This document shows positions 52,426-61,660 of a DNA stretch of 64,000 nt, one piece after another; the stretch's first letter is position 1, and the number at the start of each line of letters is the position of its first letter. The DNA comes from Parcubacteria group bacterium Gr01-1014_38 (GTDB lineage: Bacteria > Patescibacteriota > Andersenbacteria > UBA10190 > CAIZMI01), in contig VMFP01000001.1 of NCBI GenBank assembly GCA_007376145.1, positions 122,835 through 186,834 on the forward strand, read 5' to 3'. The notes under the pieces are model-generated. The model was not told where the DNA came from. It searched no databases and was given only the letters and a program-made list of their open reading frames with translations. The position numbers were made by a program, and so were the translations under genes.

Positions 52426-53579
52426 GGTGCCGGCCGCTCGGGCTCTCCGGTGTGTTCGAGCACCCGTGCGTAGACCTCCAAGGTCTGGCGCGCGGTTCGC
52501 TCCCATGTGAATTGCTGAATCCAGGCTCGGCCCTGCTCGACGAGGCGCGTCCGTACGCCTTGGTCCGCGAGGAGGAGACGAAGCGCGGACGTGATTTCTT
52601 CTTCGTCCTCCGGATCCACGAGCAGCGCCGCAGGGCCGACGACCTCCGGGAGGCTCCCGCGCGCACTCACGAGGACCGGCGTCCCGCACGCCATGGCTTC
52701 AAGCGGCGGGAACCCGAATCCTTCATCCTGGCTCAAGAACGCAAAGGCATCGGCACTGCCGTACAGCGTTGGAAGATCCGCGCTCTCCACCCGACCCAGA
52801 AAGCACACGCGATCCTTCAGTCGTGGGTCACGGGCGGCAGCGACGACGCGCTCGGTTTTCCAACCCCACCGACCTGCAATGACGAGGGTATGCGGGAACT
52901 CGCCGACCACGCGTGCAAAGGCTCGGAGCAACCGGTCGACGTTCTTCCGTGGCTCAATGGTTCCGACGGTGAGCACATACGGTGTCGCACCGAGACCGAG
53001 CCGCGCCAAAAGCGCCGCGCGAGCGTCTGGTGCCGCCGGGGCAAAGGTCGGTTCGATGCCGGGGGTGGTCACGGTAATGCGGTCTGCTGGCACACCGAGC
53101 GTATCCACGATGGCCCGTTTCGATGCTTCGGAAATCGTCACGATCGCCGTGGCGTGACGTGCGGCGGCAGGCAGTTCCAGGCGCCAGTAGGTCCGCTGGG
53201 CGACCGTCTGCGTTCTTGGATGCGTGAGGGAGATCACGTCGTAGATCGTCGTGACGACCGGTGGGAACCCGCGGCGGAATGGAGTGCCGCTTGGCTTCGT
53301 CAGGTGCACGAGGCGAGGGCGCAATCTACGAATCGCGCGCGGGAGCGCCACAAGGTTCCAGTAGGGGCGCAGCCACGGCGTGGCCGGCGGTACCGCCAGA
53401 CTCGGGAAATTTCTGACGGCGGTCTGGCCCCGCTGGTGGTCACAGATAACCGTGAGCGTAAGCGGTGGGTCCAGCTGCGTAAAGCCGTCCAGCAAGCCGC
53501 GGATGTACCGAACGACTCCCCCCGCTGGCCCGGACAGTGCGCGGGCCTCGAGAGCCACCAGCGGTGGCGATGCCGTCAT
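52422..53579 (-). CDS. GT4 glycosyltransferase (3 of 4 tandem)
   Basis: MTASPPLVALEARALSGPAGGVVRYIRGL... and FLSQDEGFGFPPLEAMACGTPVLVS. ATGA overlaps on both sides. Confidence 0.88.
   Translation of the reverse strand: MTASPPLVALEARALSGPAGGVVRYIRGLLDGFTQLDPPLTLTVICDHQRGQTAVRNFPSLAVPPATPWLRPYWNLVALPRAIRRLRPRLVHLTKPSGTPFRRGFPPVVTTIYDVISLTHPRTQTVAQRTYWRLELPAAARHATAIVTISEASKRAIVDTLGVPADRITVTTPGIEPTFAPAAPDARAALLARLGLGATPYVLTVGTIEPRKNVDRLLRAFARVVGEFPHTLVIAGRWGWKTERVVAAARDPRLKDRVCFLGRVESADLPTLYGSADAFAFLSQDEGFGFPPLEAMACGTPVLVSARGSLPEVVGPAALLVDPEDEEEITSALRLLLADQGVRTRLVEQGRAWIQQFTWERTARQTLEVYARVLEHTGEPERPAP
52675..52724. repeat. second copy of the 50-nt identical tract
   Basis: See 51533..51582. Confidence 0.85.
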
Positions 53580-54766
53580 GGGCGCTCCTGCAATTGCCCG
53601 ACGAGAATGCGGGTGGAGCGGACCGTCTTCGTGAGTCGGGCAAACAGAGCCTCATAGCGATCAGCGATGTCCCGGATGAGGAACGACTGCATGGCGTGGC
53701 GGTTCGTCTCCGCGAAACGCTTCCGAAGGTCCGCATCCGCGAGGAGCACGCGGAGCGCTGACGCGAGTTGGTCCGATCGCTGCGGAGGAGTGAACAGCGC
53801 GTTCTCCCCGGCGCGGAGGATGTCTGTCTGGCCGCCTTGGTCCGTACAGACAATGGGAAGCCCCGCGTACATCGCTTCGAGGAACACGATGCCGAATCCT
53901 TCATGGAGCGAAGCGGAAACAAAGAGGTCGGCGGCTCGAAGGAGCTGCCATTTCCGGTCTTCCGTCACTGCGCCTTCGAACGTGACCTGCGGCCGCACGC
54001 CAAGGCGCTCCGCCGTACCTTCGAGTGGGTGCAGAAGCGGACCATCCCCCATGACATGCAGGTGCACATCCTTTCTTTTCAGGAGCGCGAGAGCCTCGAG
54101 AAGGTCCTTGTGGGCCTTTCGGGGTATGAGACGCCCAACCGTGACGAGGCGCCACGGTGCACCGTGACTCGCGGTGACGGGAGGGAGCACAGCCGGCGGA
54201 ACCAAACCGAGGGGGATGACGGCGAGGTTGTTCGGCGCGCGGTGGTACAAGATTGCGCGCCGTTTCGTATCCTCCGAAATCGCCGTGACCGCGTCCGCGT
54301 GACGGATCACCCACCGTACCACGGCCCGAACCACCGGATTCCGGTGGGCAGCGATTCCCGCCGTGGGATTGGGATCAAAGATATCCGCACCGATGAGCGT
54401 GAGGACCACCGGAATTCGGCGCAGGCGCCCGAGGAGGACTGCGGGGAGTCCCGAAGGAACGGCGAAAAGGGCGTGAATGAGGTCCGGGCGAGTCTTGTTG
54501 GTCGCACGCAGGCCAGCGAGGAGCGCGGACGGAACGAACGTCGCCATGGAACGGAGCGTCGCCACCGGCATCTGACATCGCCCCCACACCGGAACGCGAA
54601 TGATCCGGACGCCGTTGACGACTTCCGCCTTGGGGAGGCCACGGAAGTGCGTCGTGAGGATCGTGACCTCGTTCCGCGCGGCGAATGCCTCCGCGAGATC
54701 CCGATGGGCCACTCCTCCTCCGCCCCCGAGAGGCGGGTATTCGTAATTGATGAGCAGCAGCCTCAT
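53576..54766 (-). CDS. GT4 glycosyltransferase (4 of 4 tandem)
   Basis: MRLLLINYEYPPLGGGGGVAHRDLAEAF... and SASLHEGFGIVFLEAMYAGLPIVCTDQGG. Confidence 0.88.
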   Translation of the reverse strand: MRLLLINYEYPPLGGGGGVAHRDLAEAFAARNEVTILTTHFRGLPKAEVVNGVRIIRVPVWGRCQMPVATLRSMATFVPSALLAGLRATNKTRPDLIHALFAVPSGLPAVLLGRLRRIPVVLTLIGADIFDPNPTAGIAAHRNPVVRAVVRWVIRHADAVTAISEDTKRRAILYHRAPNNLAVIPLGLVPPAVLPPVTASHGAPWRLVTVGRLIPRKAHKDLLEALALLKRKDVHLHVMGDGPLLHPLEGTAERLGVRPQVTFEGAVTEDRKWQLLRAADLFVSASLHEGFGIVFLEAMYAGLPIVCTDQGGQTDILRAGENALFTPPQRSDQLASALRVLLADADLRKRFAETNRHAMQSFLIRDIADRYEALFARLTKTVRSTRILVGQLQERP

Positions 54767-56823
54767 CGCGGGCCTTTTCTCACCGAAGGATTTTCCACAA
54801 AAAGTTCCGAGCCGTCAATGGAGAAGGAGAAGGCATGCGATCCCGGCGCAAGGGTGCCGAGAGGAATGAAGGCGGTTCCATCGGACGACACGGTGACCGG
54901 TGCCGGTCCGGTCGGGGTTTGGAGCTGAATCTTCCGCGTCCTTGGGTCGAGGACGCGGAAGGAGAGCGTGGCGGGAACCGCGTCTCCGCCAAGTACCCGG
55001 ATGGAAAACGTCGCACGGGGTTGAATCTTGACGCGTCGCCGATCTCCAGAACTCGAGGGCACGGCGTCCCACCCTGACCCAGGGACTCCCACCAATGCGG
55101 ACGTTGTTTCGGGCCATGGCGGCACGCGGTAGAGCGTCGTCCCCTCGCCGACGTTCTCTGCATGCAGACCCGCGCCACGGAGCAGCCGGTGGAGGACGTG
55201 GAATTCTGCTGGCGTCACCGCGACCAATCCTTTTGGACTGGAACGGAGTGTCGGCATCCCCATCACGTATTCGTGAATGATCACCGCGATGACTCTCTCG
55301 CTGGCAAGTGCGGCATGGACCATTTCGGCGGGCATCTGGCCGAAGAGCGTCGAACGCTCGAAGTCGTCGGGACGAACGGCGAGGAGCGCACCGACGACAG
55401 GGACGCGGAGCGGAGCTTCGCGCGCTGCCCGATCTTGCACGCGCTCGAAGACGTTGCTGGCGAGAATACGGCGGCGGTGGACCGTGGACGCGTACTGGGC
55501 GCGTGAGGCAACGAGGTAGTCGGTGGCGGCAGGAATTTCGAGGAGGAGTCCTGCTGGTCCAGCGGTGAGCGTGGTGGAGAATTGGGAGATCGTCGCTTCC
55601 TGCACCGGGAAGGTGCTTGGAAGAATTTCCAGCACGAGCGCTCCCGCGAGAAGAAACGCGGCGGCCCGCGGGAGCCTGCTGACGCCGATGCTCGCCAGCA
55701 GCGGGAGAGCCAACGCCGGCAAGACGAGAAATCGGTTTACCGTTCGAACCGCGGAGAACACAGGGAACTCGTCATAGAGCTGTGCGCCAAGCGAGGTGCG
55801 CGGCGCAAACGCAAGGAGGAGCCCGGCGACGACCAGCGAGCCGAGGAGCGCGAGGTGCTGCCAGCGACCTTCCCGCCAGAGTCTCCGCACACCCACGACC
55901 GCGACCACCGGCGCGAGGAGGCCGAGAGTATGGACGTAGTCGGCCACGGCCTGGCGCGGAGTCCCATACCGATTCGGAGAGTGGCGAAAGAGATGGAAGG
56001 TCGGAGGGGAGAGTATCGTTTCGACCGTTGGTGCAAACCGCCGTCGCTGTTCCGAACCGAGGTTGAAGGCGGAGTCGGCGCGCGATGCTTTCTTCAGCTC
56101 TTCTCGGAAGGGGAACATTCCAAGCGCGCCGACGAGGAAAAGGAAGGTGAGGGCGAGGATGATTCCTTGGCGAGTCCGAAGCGTCTGCACAGCCTGGTGC
56201 CAGAAGATGGCTATCGTCAGTGCGGCGGCAAGGAGTGTCGCAAGAAACAGCATATGCTCGGTCCACGACGTCCCGACGAACGCCGCAGCAGCGACGAGCG
56301 TTCGTGGGAGTGACGGACGCTGGAGCAGCCACAGGAGCGCTGCCATGCTGAGTGGAATCCAGAAGAGTTGCATGGCGCCGAAATGCCCGAGGCTCTGCGC
56401 GATGCGGTACGGCGCGAACGCCGTGAGGAACCCGGCGACCGCCGCTGGTCCACGCGCGATTCCCAAGCGTCGAGCGAGTCCATACGTGGCGAGTGCCGTC
56501 AGCGGGAATTGGAGAATCCACACGAGGTTGTATCCCAGAGGATCGCCGAAGACTCCGTGGAGCGGGATCCACGGCAGCGGGCCAAAGTTCCTCACGGGGT
56601 CGTCGGCAATGGTGAGCGTCCGGCGGGACAGCGCTTCGGTGAAGGCGGAGGAACGCCAGAGCGTCTGATACGGATCGCCGCCGAGCCCGAGCACCGACGT
56701 CCGGAGATTCGGCAGGTGCGTGCCGATGAGGAGCAATGCCCCGATGAGCGCCAGCGCGCACAGCGCGAGCGGAACCAGGACACGACGTCGGGCCTCTGCT
56801 TGGAAAAGCGGGAGCGCCTGCAC
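54763..56823 (-). CDS. large polytopic GT-C-like membrane protein with a C-terminal extracytoplasmic domain (686 aa), family uncertain
   Basis: GTG 56823. 10 or more hydrophobic helices after GGDPYQTLWRSSAFTEAL...PLPWIPLHG, then a soluble beta-rich C-terminus. It sits between the GT4 genes and the GT39 genes. Confidence 0.7.
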   Translation of the reverse strand: MQALPLFQAEARRRVLVPLALCALALIGALLLIGTHLPNLRTSVLGLGGDPYQTLWRSSAFTEALSRRTLTIADDPVRNFGPLPWIPLHGVFGDPLGYNLVWILQFPLTALATYGLARRLGIARGPAAVAGFLTAFAPYRIAQSLGHFGAMQLFWIPLSMAALLWLLQRPSLPRTLVAAAAFVGTSWTEHMLFLATLLAAALTIAIFWHQAVQTLRTRQGIILALTFLFLVGALGMFPFREELKKASRADSAFNLGSEQRRRFAPTVETILSPPTFHLFRHSPNRYGTPRQAVADYVHTLGLLAPVVAVVGVRRLWREGRWQHLALLGSLVVAGLLLAFAPRTSLGAQLYDEFPVFSAVRTVNRFLVLPALALPLLASIGVSRLPRAAAFLLAGALVLEILPSTFPVQEATISQFSTTLTAGPAGLLLEIPAATDYLVASRAQYASTVHRRRILASNVFERVQDRAAREAPLRVPVVGALLAVRPDDFERSTLFGQMPAEMVHAALASERVIAVIIHEYVMGMPTLRSSPKGLVAVTPAEFHVLHRLLRGAGLHAENVGEGTTLYRVPPWPETTSALVGVPGSGWDAVPSSSGDRRRVKIQPRATFSIRVLGGDAVPATLSFRVLDPRTRKIQLQTPTGPAPVTVSSDGTAFIPLGTLAPGSHAFSFSIDGSELFVENPSVRKGPR

Positions 56824-56825
56824 GG

Positions 56826-58919
56826 TTACTCCATCACTGGTCGGAGTCCAAGGAGCCCGCGAGAGCGATGCGTGGTAAGGAGGTCGCGCGGAGAGACCGT
56901 TCGGTTTCCAACGCCAAAGTGAGGAGCCGATTTCTCCTGCGGGGCAGCGCGGAGTGTTGGCGCCTCACCAGGGCTCGTTCCTTCGGTGGTGAGCAGCGTG
57001 ATGAATGTTCCCGGCTCTTGAACCAGCAGCGGCTCAAGAGAGAAACGCACCCACTGGTTATCGTCTTCGCCGCGGATCGGGAGACGATTTGCGCGGACAT
57101 CGGGTCCCTCCACGGTCTGGCGGAGACGGAGGACGAACGTTCCCATATCCGCGCGTCCGGAATAGGTTGCGACGAGTGTCTCCACGCCACGGAGCGTTCC
57201 GGCGGAGACGGGAAGCTCCGCCACCACCACTGATTCCTGCGTTAGCTCGCCGAGAATACCCGTATAGGCCGGCTGGTGGTATACCCATGCGTAGGGCAGC
57301 CCGTTCACCGTCGCGGTGAAGACGGGCGTCCGTCGGCGGTAGTATTCGTCGATGAAATCGTTCGCGGGGTGATCGGGAGACCGGCCAAACATGTTGCGGT
57401 AGAGCACGACGTATCCAACCCGGAGTTGATCTCGGGCACTCAAATGAAAGACTGGCCGGTGGACGAGCGCCTTGAGCTCTTCTGGGTACCAGGAGGCCAC
57501 GGCGATCTTCCCGCCGTCATCGAGTTGATTGAGGTACCGCGCAACCTGATCGAGTCCCTCCCCCCAGCCGAGCTCCTGACTGAAGCTTGGTGGAAACAAG
57601 CGGTTATAGTACGCGAGCGCATACGGGCCAAGGAAGAGAAGTTCTCCCGCCAGCGGCAGGACGGCAAGGAGGAACACCGTTTTTGCCGCTCGGGCTTCCG
57701 TCCACTGCGGACGAACACGGCTGACGAGCGCCGCCAGCCCGATCACGCCGAGGAGGTTCACCACGGGGAACACGGGAAGCAGATAGCGGTCGCCCTTCTT
57801 GGCCCCAAACGTCATGGCCGCGGTGAAGAGCACGACGAACGCGAGAAGGATCCAAAGCGTACGGCGGGATGTCCCGCTCAGCGTCGCGAGCTTTGGCATG
57901 CTTACCGGCAGAAGCAGGAGAAGGGCGGCCAACCCGATCAGTGAAGGGATGGTCGTGCGTGCGAGCAGCGTGCTGGGGTAATGCCAGGGCTTAATGCTGT
58001 ACGCATCGGCCATGTGGTGCGGGGTAGAGAAAGCCGCCGAAAGGTCACGCTGAACAATTTTGACGTTTCCCACCGGATCCGGTACCCAGAGCAATCCCGG
58101 CCACAAGACCAGGGTCGTCGCCACGATGATCACCAGCCACTGCCCGAGAAGGCGAAGGCGGACTCGCCCCTCTTCCCTCCCCCAGGCCTGCCGATCCGCA
58201 AACAGGCTGAGTGTTGCCATGGGCAGCAGAATCAACCCAGGGATCTTCGAAAGGATCGCGAGTGCGCCAAAGATTCCCGACCAGACGAGCGCGGCGGAGG
58301 GCACGGTGTGCGGATGTTCCTCTCTCCCCTGCATTGCGGCGAGAAAGAGGATGAGCGAGAGTGCGGTAAAGCCCGCGAGGAGCGCGTCGACATGCACCAC
58401 CTTGCTGTAGCCGATCAGGAACGGATCGAGCGCGATCACGAGTGCCGCTGCACGTGCCACCCAAGGTCTCGTCAGGCGCCGCAGAGCAAGGAACAGCGCG
58501 GCGACCAGTACGCTGTTGAGGAGCGCGAACGTCACCTGGGTCCCCTGGATGAAGAGTTGGAGCGACTCTGCGGTGAACGGGATATTTTTTAGGCGTGCAA
58601 TGATCCGCACGCTGATTCCCACCAGCCACAGGGTGGGAATGCCCGGATGCGTCGTCTGCAAGGTCTCATTGAAGTGAAACTCCTGGACCGCTTGGAGGAA
58701 ATTCACGCCTCGCCCCATCCAGCTTTTCTCGTCTGCGGTCAGGAACAGGCCAATACCGATGAGGCGTGGCGCCAGGGCAATGAGGAAGAGTACCCCGGTC
58801 TCACCAAGGAGTTTCCGACGTTCTGGAGACTGCAGCCATCGCCGCATTCGCACCGAGTGTACCACCGGTGAGGCCTCCCTGCCCTTTGAGGCGCGGGACA
58901 TCCTGCATGGCTCTACCAC
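56826..58919 (-). CDS. GT39 (ArnT/PMT-type) membrane glycosyltransferase, paralog a
   Basis: FLTADEKSWMGRGVNFLQAV...TTHPGIPTLWLVG plus many TM helices, with a C-terminal ~95-aa module shared with paralogs b and c. The start is uncertain: GTG 58919 (ORF maximum), ATG 58901 (9 nt after a weak -10) or ATG 58847. Confidence 0.85.
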   Translation of the reverse strand: MVEPCRMSRASKGREASPVVHSVRMRRWLQSPERRKLLGETGVLFLIALAPRLIGIGLFLTADEKSWMGRGVNFLQAVQEFHFNETLQTTHPGIPTLWLVGISVRIIARLKNIPFTAESLQLFIQGTQVTFALLNSVLVAALFLALRRLTRPWVARAAALVIALDPFLIGYSKVVHVDALLAGFTALSLILFLAAMQGREEHPHTVPSAALVWSGIFGALAILSKIPGLILLPMATLSLFADRQAWGREEGRVRLRLLGQWLVIIVATTLVLWPGLLWVPDPVGNVKIVQRDLSAAFSTPHHMADAYSIKPWHYPSTLLARTTIPSLIGLAALLLLLPVSMPKLATLSGTSRRTLWILLAFVVLFTAAMTFGAKKGDRYLLPVFPVVNLLGVIGLAALVSRVRPQWTEARAAKTVFLLAVLPLAGELLFLGPYALAYYNRLFPPSFSQELGWGEGLDQVARYLNQLDDGGKIAVASWYPEELKALVHRPVFHLSARDQLRVGYVVLYRNMFGRSPDHPANDFIDEYYRRRTPVFTATVNGLPYAWVYHQPAYTGILGELTQESVVVAELPVSAGTLRGVETLVATYSGRADMGTFVLRLRQTVEGPDVRANRLPIRGEDDNQWVRFSLEPLLVQEPGTFITLLTTEGTSPGEAPTLRAAPQEKSAPHFGVGNRTVSPRDLLTTHRSRGLLGLRPVME

Positions 58920-58942
58920 GCGAAAGACCGATTGTCAAACTC

Positions 58943-58971
58943 TTGACACGCGCTACGGACGGTACCATACT
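58943..58971 (+). promoter_or_regulatory. sigma70-type promoter firing into an ORF-poor 0.7-kb spacer
   Basis: TTGACA (58943..58948), a 17-nt spacer, then CATACT (58966..58971). This is the same -10 hexamer as the hrcA promoter. The -35 is part of the palindrome TTGTCAAactcTTGACA, which gives a back-to-back minus-strand TTGACA (58938..58933). Confidence 0.55.
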
Positions 58972-59327
58972 CGCTTCCACTGGTGTTCTTTGTCATAAAG
59001 TCGTGCCGGTCAGACGGTGACGAAACTCCGAGGAGACGCGCAAGCGTCAAGAGAGTCCCGGAGGTGACCGTTCAAGCCGGTCGAATGCGCGCAGAAGGGT
59101 AGGAATAACATTTCACCTTCCAGGTGTTGCCCTCGTCGCACACAGCAGGACTCGATGAGGGAAATTCCCCACGCCTGAAGGAGGTAGGTGGAACAGTCCA
59201 AACTGCGTACACGCTTGTCTCTTCCGGCCGGAAACGACAAGCGGCGCTACGCGGGGGAGTAGCCGTCGAACGGAGAATACTGCGTGTATGCAGGAAGTTC
59301 AGTCTCAAAAGGGCTCGCGGACTCTCG

Positions 59328-59391
59328 TGGCATATTCGTGAACCTCATGAATATGTCTAGTGGCATATTCATATAAACCTCATGAATATGA
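59328..59391. repeat. two tandem 29/31-nt units, each with an internal 7-nt inverted repeat (operator-like)
   Basis: gtggCATATTCgtgaacctcatGAATATG (59328..59356), then tcta, then gtggCATATTCatataaacctcatGAATATG (59361..59391). Confidence 0.8.
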
Positions 59392-59527
59392 CGCGGAAGG
59401 AGTACTGCCCTGGACGGACTTCTTGATATACCGCATGAAGGGAATATTCCCCTCGACGCTTGCGAAGAGAGGAGGAACCTGCCCCTTCTAAGACTAAACC
59501 TATTCTTCTGCGCGATTTGTCCTCTTT

Positions 59528-59561
59528 CATTGTCGTTCCCAGGCACCATTGTCGTTCCCAG
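59528..59561. repeat. direct repeat cattgtcgttcccag x2 (19-nt period)
   Basis: 59528..59542 and 59547..59561 are identical. Confidence 0.8.
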
Positions 59562-59567
59562 ACATCA

Positions 59568-59616
59568 GGGCATTTGCTCTCTTTATGTCCGTCTGGCCGG
59601 GGCATTTGCTCTCTTT
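59568..59616. repeat. direct repeat gggcatttgctctcttt x2 (32-nt period)
   Basis: 59568..59584 and 59600..59616 are identical. Confidence 0.8.
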
Positions 59617-59630
59617 TGTCTGGGAGCACC

Positions 59631-59668
59631 CCCGCTCGTCCCCATCGGCGAGCGGGATTTTTCTTATT
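59631..59668 (+). terminator. plus-strand intrinsic terminator overlapping the stop codon of GT39 paralog b
   Basis: CCCGCTCG-tccccatcgg-CGAGCGGG followed by ATTTTTCTTATT. On the minus strand the hairpin is not followed by a U-tract. Confidence 0.7.
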
Positions 59669-61649
59669 CCGAGTGCGAGGCGTCTCCTTGGTAGACGAGC
59701 GCGTATGCGAGATCCCCTTCTGCGAGAGACGCCGCCCGCTTCTCTCCCGACCGGAGCGGTCGTCGGAGCACCACCAGGCGTCCCGGGAGGATGTCGTTCG
59801 GTTGATACCGAACGGTGACGGCATTGCCGGGCTCCCCGGAGGGCGAAGTGAGCGCAACGTAGTAGGTCACCCCCTTAGAGTTCGGGAGCGGTTCAAAGCG
59901 AATTTCTTTCCAGGCGTTGTCCTCCAAACGGCTCACGCCTATCCGGACCGTGCGCAGATCGGCACCGTCGGGATTCTCGCGGACGTGGAGGAGAAGCTCC
60001 CCCCGATTGCTCCGAGACGAGAACGTCGCAAAGACCAGCCGTACGCCGCTCAATCCATCCGATTCCGCGACGACTGTTTGGCCGACCTCGACCGTTGTCG
60101 GGGCATTCCCGGTACCGCGCTCCGGCGCGCCGGCACGGACAATTTCTCCTACGTGCTTTGGAAAGCGATCCACAGAATCTCGCGCGTAGATCCAGGCCAT
60201 CTCGAGACCGACAACGCGGATTACCGCTACCGGTTCCACGTTTGCAAATTCCTCGAGGACCCTCGTCGGACCGGAATCCGCCGGTCGCCCCCGCATATTT
60301 CGATAGGTCACCACGTAATCCACGCGCGCATCATCGCGGCTGCTTAAGCTCATGGTTGTCCCGCGGAAAAACTCCCGGAAGATGATGGGATACCAGGTCG
60401 CCACCTGGAGTTCTGGAGCAAGGGGATGGGCATTGAGTACTGCCGCAGCCCGCTCGAGTCCTTCGCCCCACCCCGCTTGGGTGGGCTCTTCCTTCGGACT
60501 GAAGGGACTGACGTACGCCAGGGCATAGGGACTGAGCTGAAGGTTGAGAACGGCAAGAACGCAGATGGTGCCGGCGGCGAGAAGTTTTCCGAAGCGATCT
60601 CGGCGGATGAGTTCACCGAGGCTGACCCCCGCGAAGACATCGAGCACGAGAAGTGCCGGAAGAAGGTAGCGATCGGCGCGCTTCTCTACGAGATTCACGA
60701 AGAGGAAAAACCCTCCGAAGAAGAGGAGGAATACCAATGCCTCCCGGCGCCGGTGGGCAGCGCGAAGACATGCGAGCGCTCCCAGTGCGGCGAACAGGAG
60801 AGTGACCGGCGTCGTGCGGGCAAGAAGCGCACGGGCGTAGAAGAGATTGTCGCGCGTCCGGACTTCCGCCGATTCACCGAAGTGTGACAGCGTAACGACG
60901 GACTGGACGTCGCGAGCAGCGTATCGGACATTCGGGAGAACGTTCAGCCACATGGAGGGCCACAGAATCAGGAAGGTCGCGGTGGTAACACCGACCCAGG
61001 TCGCCGTATCGCGAATCCATCGAGCCCGCATGTCTGGAACGAGCAGAAACACCCCGGCGGCGAAGGGGACGAGGAAGACCGCCGGGAGTTTCGTGAGCAG
61101 CGCGAGCCCCCCGAGAAATCCGGAAAGAACAAGAATCCGGCGTGCGCCTTGGCGGACGTACCAGAGGGCGGTAAGGACCGAGAGGAGCATGAGAATCGCG
61201 AGGAGGGCATCCACATGCGCGAGCTGGGAATACCCAACGAAAAACGGATTCAGGGTAAGGAGCACGCCAGCACCAAGACCACTGCGGACACCCCAGAGTC
61301 GTGCCACGAGGGCAGCAGCCATCCCGGTCCCAAGGGATACCGCGATGGCGATAGGAAGCTTCCCCGCGGAACGGAAGGAGCCGACGGTCGGGCTTTCCAT
61401 GCGCTCTCCCGTCAGCCATTCTCGCGCTTCAATGCCCGCACCGATGAGAAGCATCGCGGTGACGCCGGGATGGGTTCCCTGGAAGGTGCCGCCGGGATCC
61501 CCACGGCGGAGCGCAGTCGTGAACGACTGCGCGCGGAACATCCACTGCGGTTCGTCCGCGGTGAGGATCGCGCCGAGACCCTGCAGTCGAACGAGCAGCG
61601 CGAGCGTCGCCGTGATAAGTCCTACCATGACGAGCGGACGGAATGCCAT
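59664..61649 (-). CDS. GT39 (ArnT/PMT-type) membrane glycosyltransferase, paralog b
   Basis: ATG 61649. LTADEPQWMFRAQSFTTAL...GTHPGVTAMLLIG plus many TM helices, with the C-terminal shared module at 59808..60083. Confidence 0.88.
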   Translation of the reverse strand: MAFRPLVMVGLITATLALLVRLQGLGAILTADEPQWMFRAQSFTTALRRGDPGGTFQGTHPGVTAMLLIGAGIEAREWLTGERMESPTVGSFRSAGKLPIAIAVSLGTGMAAALVARLWGVRSGLGAGVLLTLNPFFVGYSQLAHVDALLAILMLLSVLTALWYVRQGARRILVLSGFLGGLALLTKLPAVFLVPFAAGVFLLVPDMRARWIRDTATWVGVTTATFLILWPSMWLNVLPNVRYAARDVQSVVTLSHFGESAEVRTRDNLFYARALLARTTPVTLLFAALGALACLRAAHRRREALVFLLFFGGFFLFVNLVEKRADRYLLPALLVLDVFAGVSLGELIRRDRFGKLLAAGTICVLAVLNLQLSPYALAYVSPFSPKEEPTQAGWGEGLERAAAVLNAHPLAPELQVATWYPIIFREFFRGTTMSLSSRDDARVDYVVTYRNMRGRPADSGPTRVLEEFANVEPVAVIRVVGLEMAWIYARDSVDRFPKHVGEIVRAGAPERGTGNAPTTVEVGQTVVAESDGLSGVRLVFATFSSRSNRGELLLHVRENPDGADLRTVRIGVSRLEDNAWKEIRFEPLPNSKGVTYYVALTSPSGEPGNAVTVRYQPNDILPGRLVVLRRPLRSGEKRAASLAEGDLAYALVYQGDASHSE

Positions 61650-61660
61650 CGGGGTCTTGG

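Larger units (their letters stand above)
58978..59662 (+). ncRNA. candidate long non-coding transcript (promoter-to-terminator unit without a convincing ORF)
   Basis: Bounded by the promoter at 58943..58971 and the terminator at 59631..59668. The only ORFs are short and lack plausible starts. It contains several hairpins (e.g. GCTTGTCtcTTCCGGCCGGAAacGACAAGC around 59213..59243) and three sets of tandem repeats. More AT-rich by eye. Confidence 0.3.

Noticed and set aside
52452-54928. Plus-strand ORFs 52452..53657 and 53768..54928 (about 400 aa each), and similar ones over the GT39 genes (55582..56313, 59460..60347, 60847..61719, 62444..63265)
   Set aside because: They are antisense to GT4, GT-C and GT39 genes, with compositionally aberrant products.
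59124-59360. 78-aa plus-strand ORF, and a 24-codon ORF after an AAGGAGG-like sequence (about 59177..59260), in the 0.7-kb spacer
   Set aside because: The 78-aa ORF has no SD or start context and gives an Arg/Gly-rich product. The short ORF starts only 2-3 nt after the SD-like sequence. Neither is convincing, though small-protein coding cannot be excluded.
59328-59391. Tandem 29/31-nt palindromic repeats, considered as a CRISPR array
   Set aside because: There are only two units, separated by 4 nt (no spacers), and no cas genes in the window. I kept them as an operator- or iteron-like repeat instead.
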